Assembly (NCBI GenBank): GCA_021791675.1
Contig: JAJYWE010000004.1
Span: 28,054 to 92,053, forward strand
Direction of reading: 5' to 3'
Source: Actinomycetes bacterium
GTDB taxonomy: Bacteria; Actinomycetota; Acidimicrobiia; Acidimicrobiales; JAKAOS01
DNA: 64,000 nt
The notes beneath the pieces are model-generated. The model saw nothing but the letters and a program-made list of their open reading frames with translations, did not search any database and was not told the origin of the DNA. Shown here one piece after another: positions 62,664 to 64,000 of this stretch (the first letter of the stretch is position 1; each line of letters starts with the position of its first letter). Both the position numbers and the translations under genes were made by a program.

Positions 62664-63251
62664 TCAGCGGAGCGCCGGCAGAGGGCATCTCGTGTTGGCA
62701 AGCAGCACCCCGCCCGAAGCGAAGCTCGCCCAGCACCACGCCGGGCGCGGACCGTGCGCCAACACTGCGGCCCGAGCCGCCACCCCGATCGCCTCCACCG
62801 CGTCGACGAAGGCGCCCTGGCCCGGGCCGGCCGGAGCCAACGACACATCGAGAGCGAACGCCCAGCGCCAGAAGTGCTCCCGAATCGCGCTCGCCCGCTC
62901 GGAGAAGCGGCGCAGCCACCGCCGGACCCTCCACGCCGGCACCCCGAGACGGACAGCGATCGAGCGGTGCCCCGCCCCGGCCGCCTTGGCCTCGATCGCC
63001 TCGCCGATCACCGCCGCCTCGTCGCGACGGCGGAGGAAGCCCTCGTCTGGCAGCAGCACGTGGGTTCTCGCGCATCCCCGGCACCTCCCCCGGCGGGGCC
63101 GGAGCCTGTCCTCCTCTCCATCTCGCCGCCGGATCACCCGGACTCGGGCATGGCTCCACGGGCGGAGCACCCCGTCGCAGTCCGGGCAGGCCAGCAGCCC
63201 TCCGAGCAGGTCCGTCTCGACGGCCGCGTGATCGGTCCCTACGATGAGCAT
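62664..63251 (-). CDS. zinc-ribbon plus HTH protein (transposon first gene)
   Basis: ATG at 63251 after GGAGG. CPDCDG...CRGCARTH zinc ribbon; GHRSIAVRLGVPAWRVRRWLRRF HTH. Confidence 0.55.
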   Translation of the reverse strand: MLIVGTDHAAVETDLLGGLLACPDCDGVLRPWSHARVRVIRRRDGEEDRLRPRRGRCRGCARTHVLLPDEGFLRRRDEAAVIGEAIEAKAAGAGHRSIAVRLGVPAWRVRRWLRRFSERASAIREHFWRWAFALDVSLAPAGPGQGAFVDAVEAIGVAARAAVLAHGPRPAWCWASFASGGVLLANTRCPLPALR

Positions 63252-63444
63252 CGGTGCCTCCGGCATCGTCAGCAGGGACCCTCCCGACGTTCCGGCAAGA
63301 ATCAGCGGGAGGGTCCTTGCGCGTCCAAGAACACCCCCAGCCTCGCGCCCCAACTACTCGCCGTCCGCTCCCGCCACCAACGCCGTCCTCACCGTCAGCG
63401 GCGCAGCGACACCCGGCCATCCCCATTCCGGTTGGCGCTCAACA

Positions 63445-63877
63445 ACTGGGGCAGGACTGCAACATAGAACGCACCGATCTTGGGGTTGAGGAGATTCGTG
63501 AGCAACCCGCGGCGCCACGACCGCCAAAGGGTCGGAGCAGCCGGTTTGCACGCGACGGTCCGAGCGGTACCGAGAGCGCTGCCACCCCGGGCAGCCGCGA
63601 CCGCCAGTTTGAGACCGAGCCAGATCATGTAGCCCGCCCCGGCAAGCCGGAGGGCCGTGTAGGCGCTCGCGGAGGCGATCAGGAGACTCGACACGCCGAC
63701 GGCCGCACCCGCTCCCCAGACCAGGAGGCCGGCGTCGACACCCAAGGCGGTGGCGAAGGCGTACTTCTTCCCGTGAACGACCGCCGCCCGCAGGACCTGT
63801 GCAGTGTCCAGACCGGGGACAATCGTCAGGAGCCCCGCTACCAGAGCGAAGGACAGCACGGCCGTTGTCAGCGACAT
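63445..63877 (-). pseudogene. LysE-family translocator, 5' fragment
   Basis: MSLTTAVLSFALVAGLLTIVPGLD...LLNPKIGAFYVAVLPQ, then the transposon end. Confidence 0.8.
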
Positions 63878-64000
63878 CCTGGCCCTGCGGCGTCGGTCAC
63901 GCGGGGGGATCGGCACACGGCCGTCAGACGAGCGCTGCACACGGTCCGCGGACGAGCCCTGCGCACGACCAGGGGGCGGCCGGTCACACACGTTCCCCCA

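Larger units (their letters stand above)
58901..63444 (-). mobile_element. 4544-bp Mu/Tn7/Tn5053-superfamily transposon
   Basis: Termini TGTTGAGCGCCAGCC / GGTTGGCGCTCAACA (14/15 inverted). 5-bp target duplication ACTGG at 58896-58900 and 63445-63449. Four co-oriented genes. Confidence 0.85.

Overview
Very GC-rich, actinobacterial-type DNA dominated by mobile elements; core chromosome is recognisable only at about 53.2-58.7 kb. All calls rest on my own reading of the sequence and ORF track; no searches were run, and family names are motif-level recognition. (1) 1-9.7 kb, all minus strand: an actinobacterial Tad/Flp pilus operon (SAF/CpaB-like, Ssd/TadZ-like ParA, TadA, TadB, TadC, Flp-like, three TadE/G-like, LysM protein) plus a secreted protein, a lipoprotein and a Crp/Fnr regulator. 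(2) 9.9-25.3 kb, element A: a T4SS-type conjugative module (VirB1-like hydrolase, replication-relaxation protein, VirD4-like coupling protein, split VirB4, VirB6-like, VirB2-like). It also carries regulators, a nucleophile-less resolvase domain, two tandem paralogous SPPY methyltransferases and a large serine recombinase whose frame runs into a tRNA fragment. (3) 25278-53273, element B: a 28-kb AICE-like element bounded by a perfect 43-bp repeat of the tRNA-Arg(UCU) 3' half. It encodes xis, a tyrosine integrase split by an IS1182-family IS, a primase-polymerase/helicase, an iteron-rich ori-like region and an FtsK/TraB-like translocase. It also encodes a sigma-like protein, a 1422-aa sortase-type adhesin, a sortase, a pilin-like protein, and an ISAs1-family IS itself split by an IS3-family IS. 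(4) tRNA-Arg, tRNA-His, tRNA-Lys, purK, purE, and a LexA-box-preceded imuB-like gene. (5) A LysE-family gene split by a 4544-bp Mu/Tn7-superfamily transposon with a 5-bp target duplication. The most novel-looking features are the adhesin/sortase/pilin/sigma module inside an FtsK-type element, an 11-mer at the head of its transcription units, and the Tad plus T4SS co-linearity.
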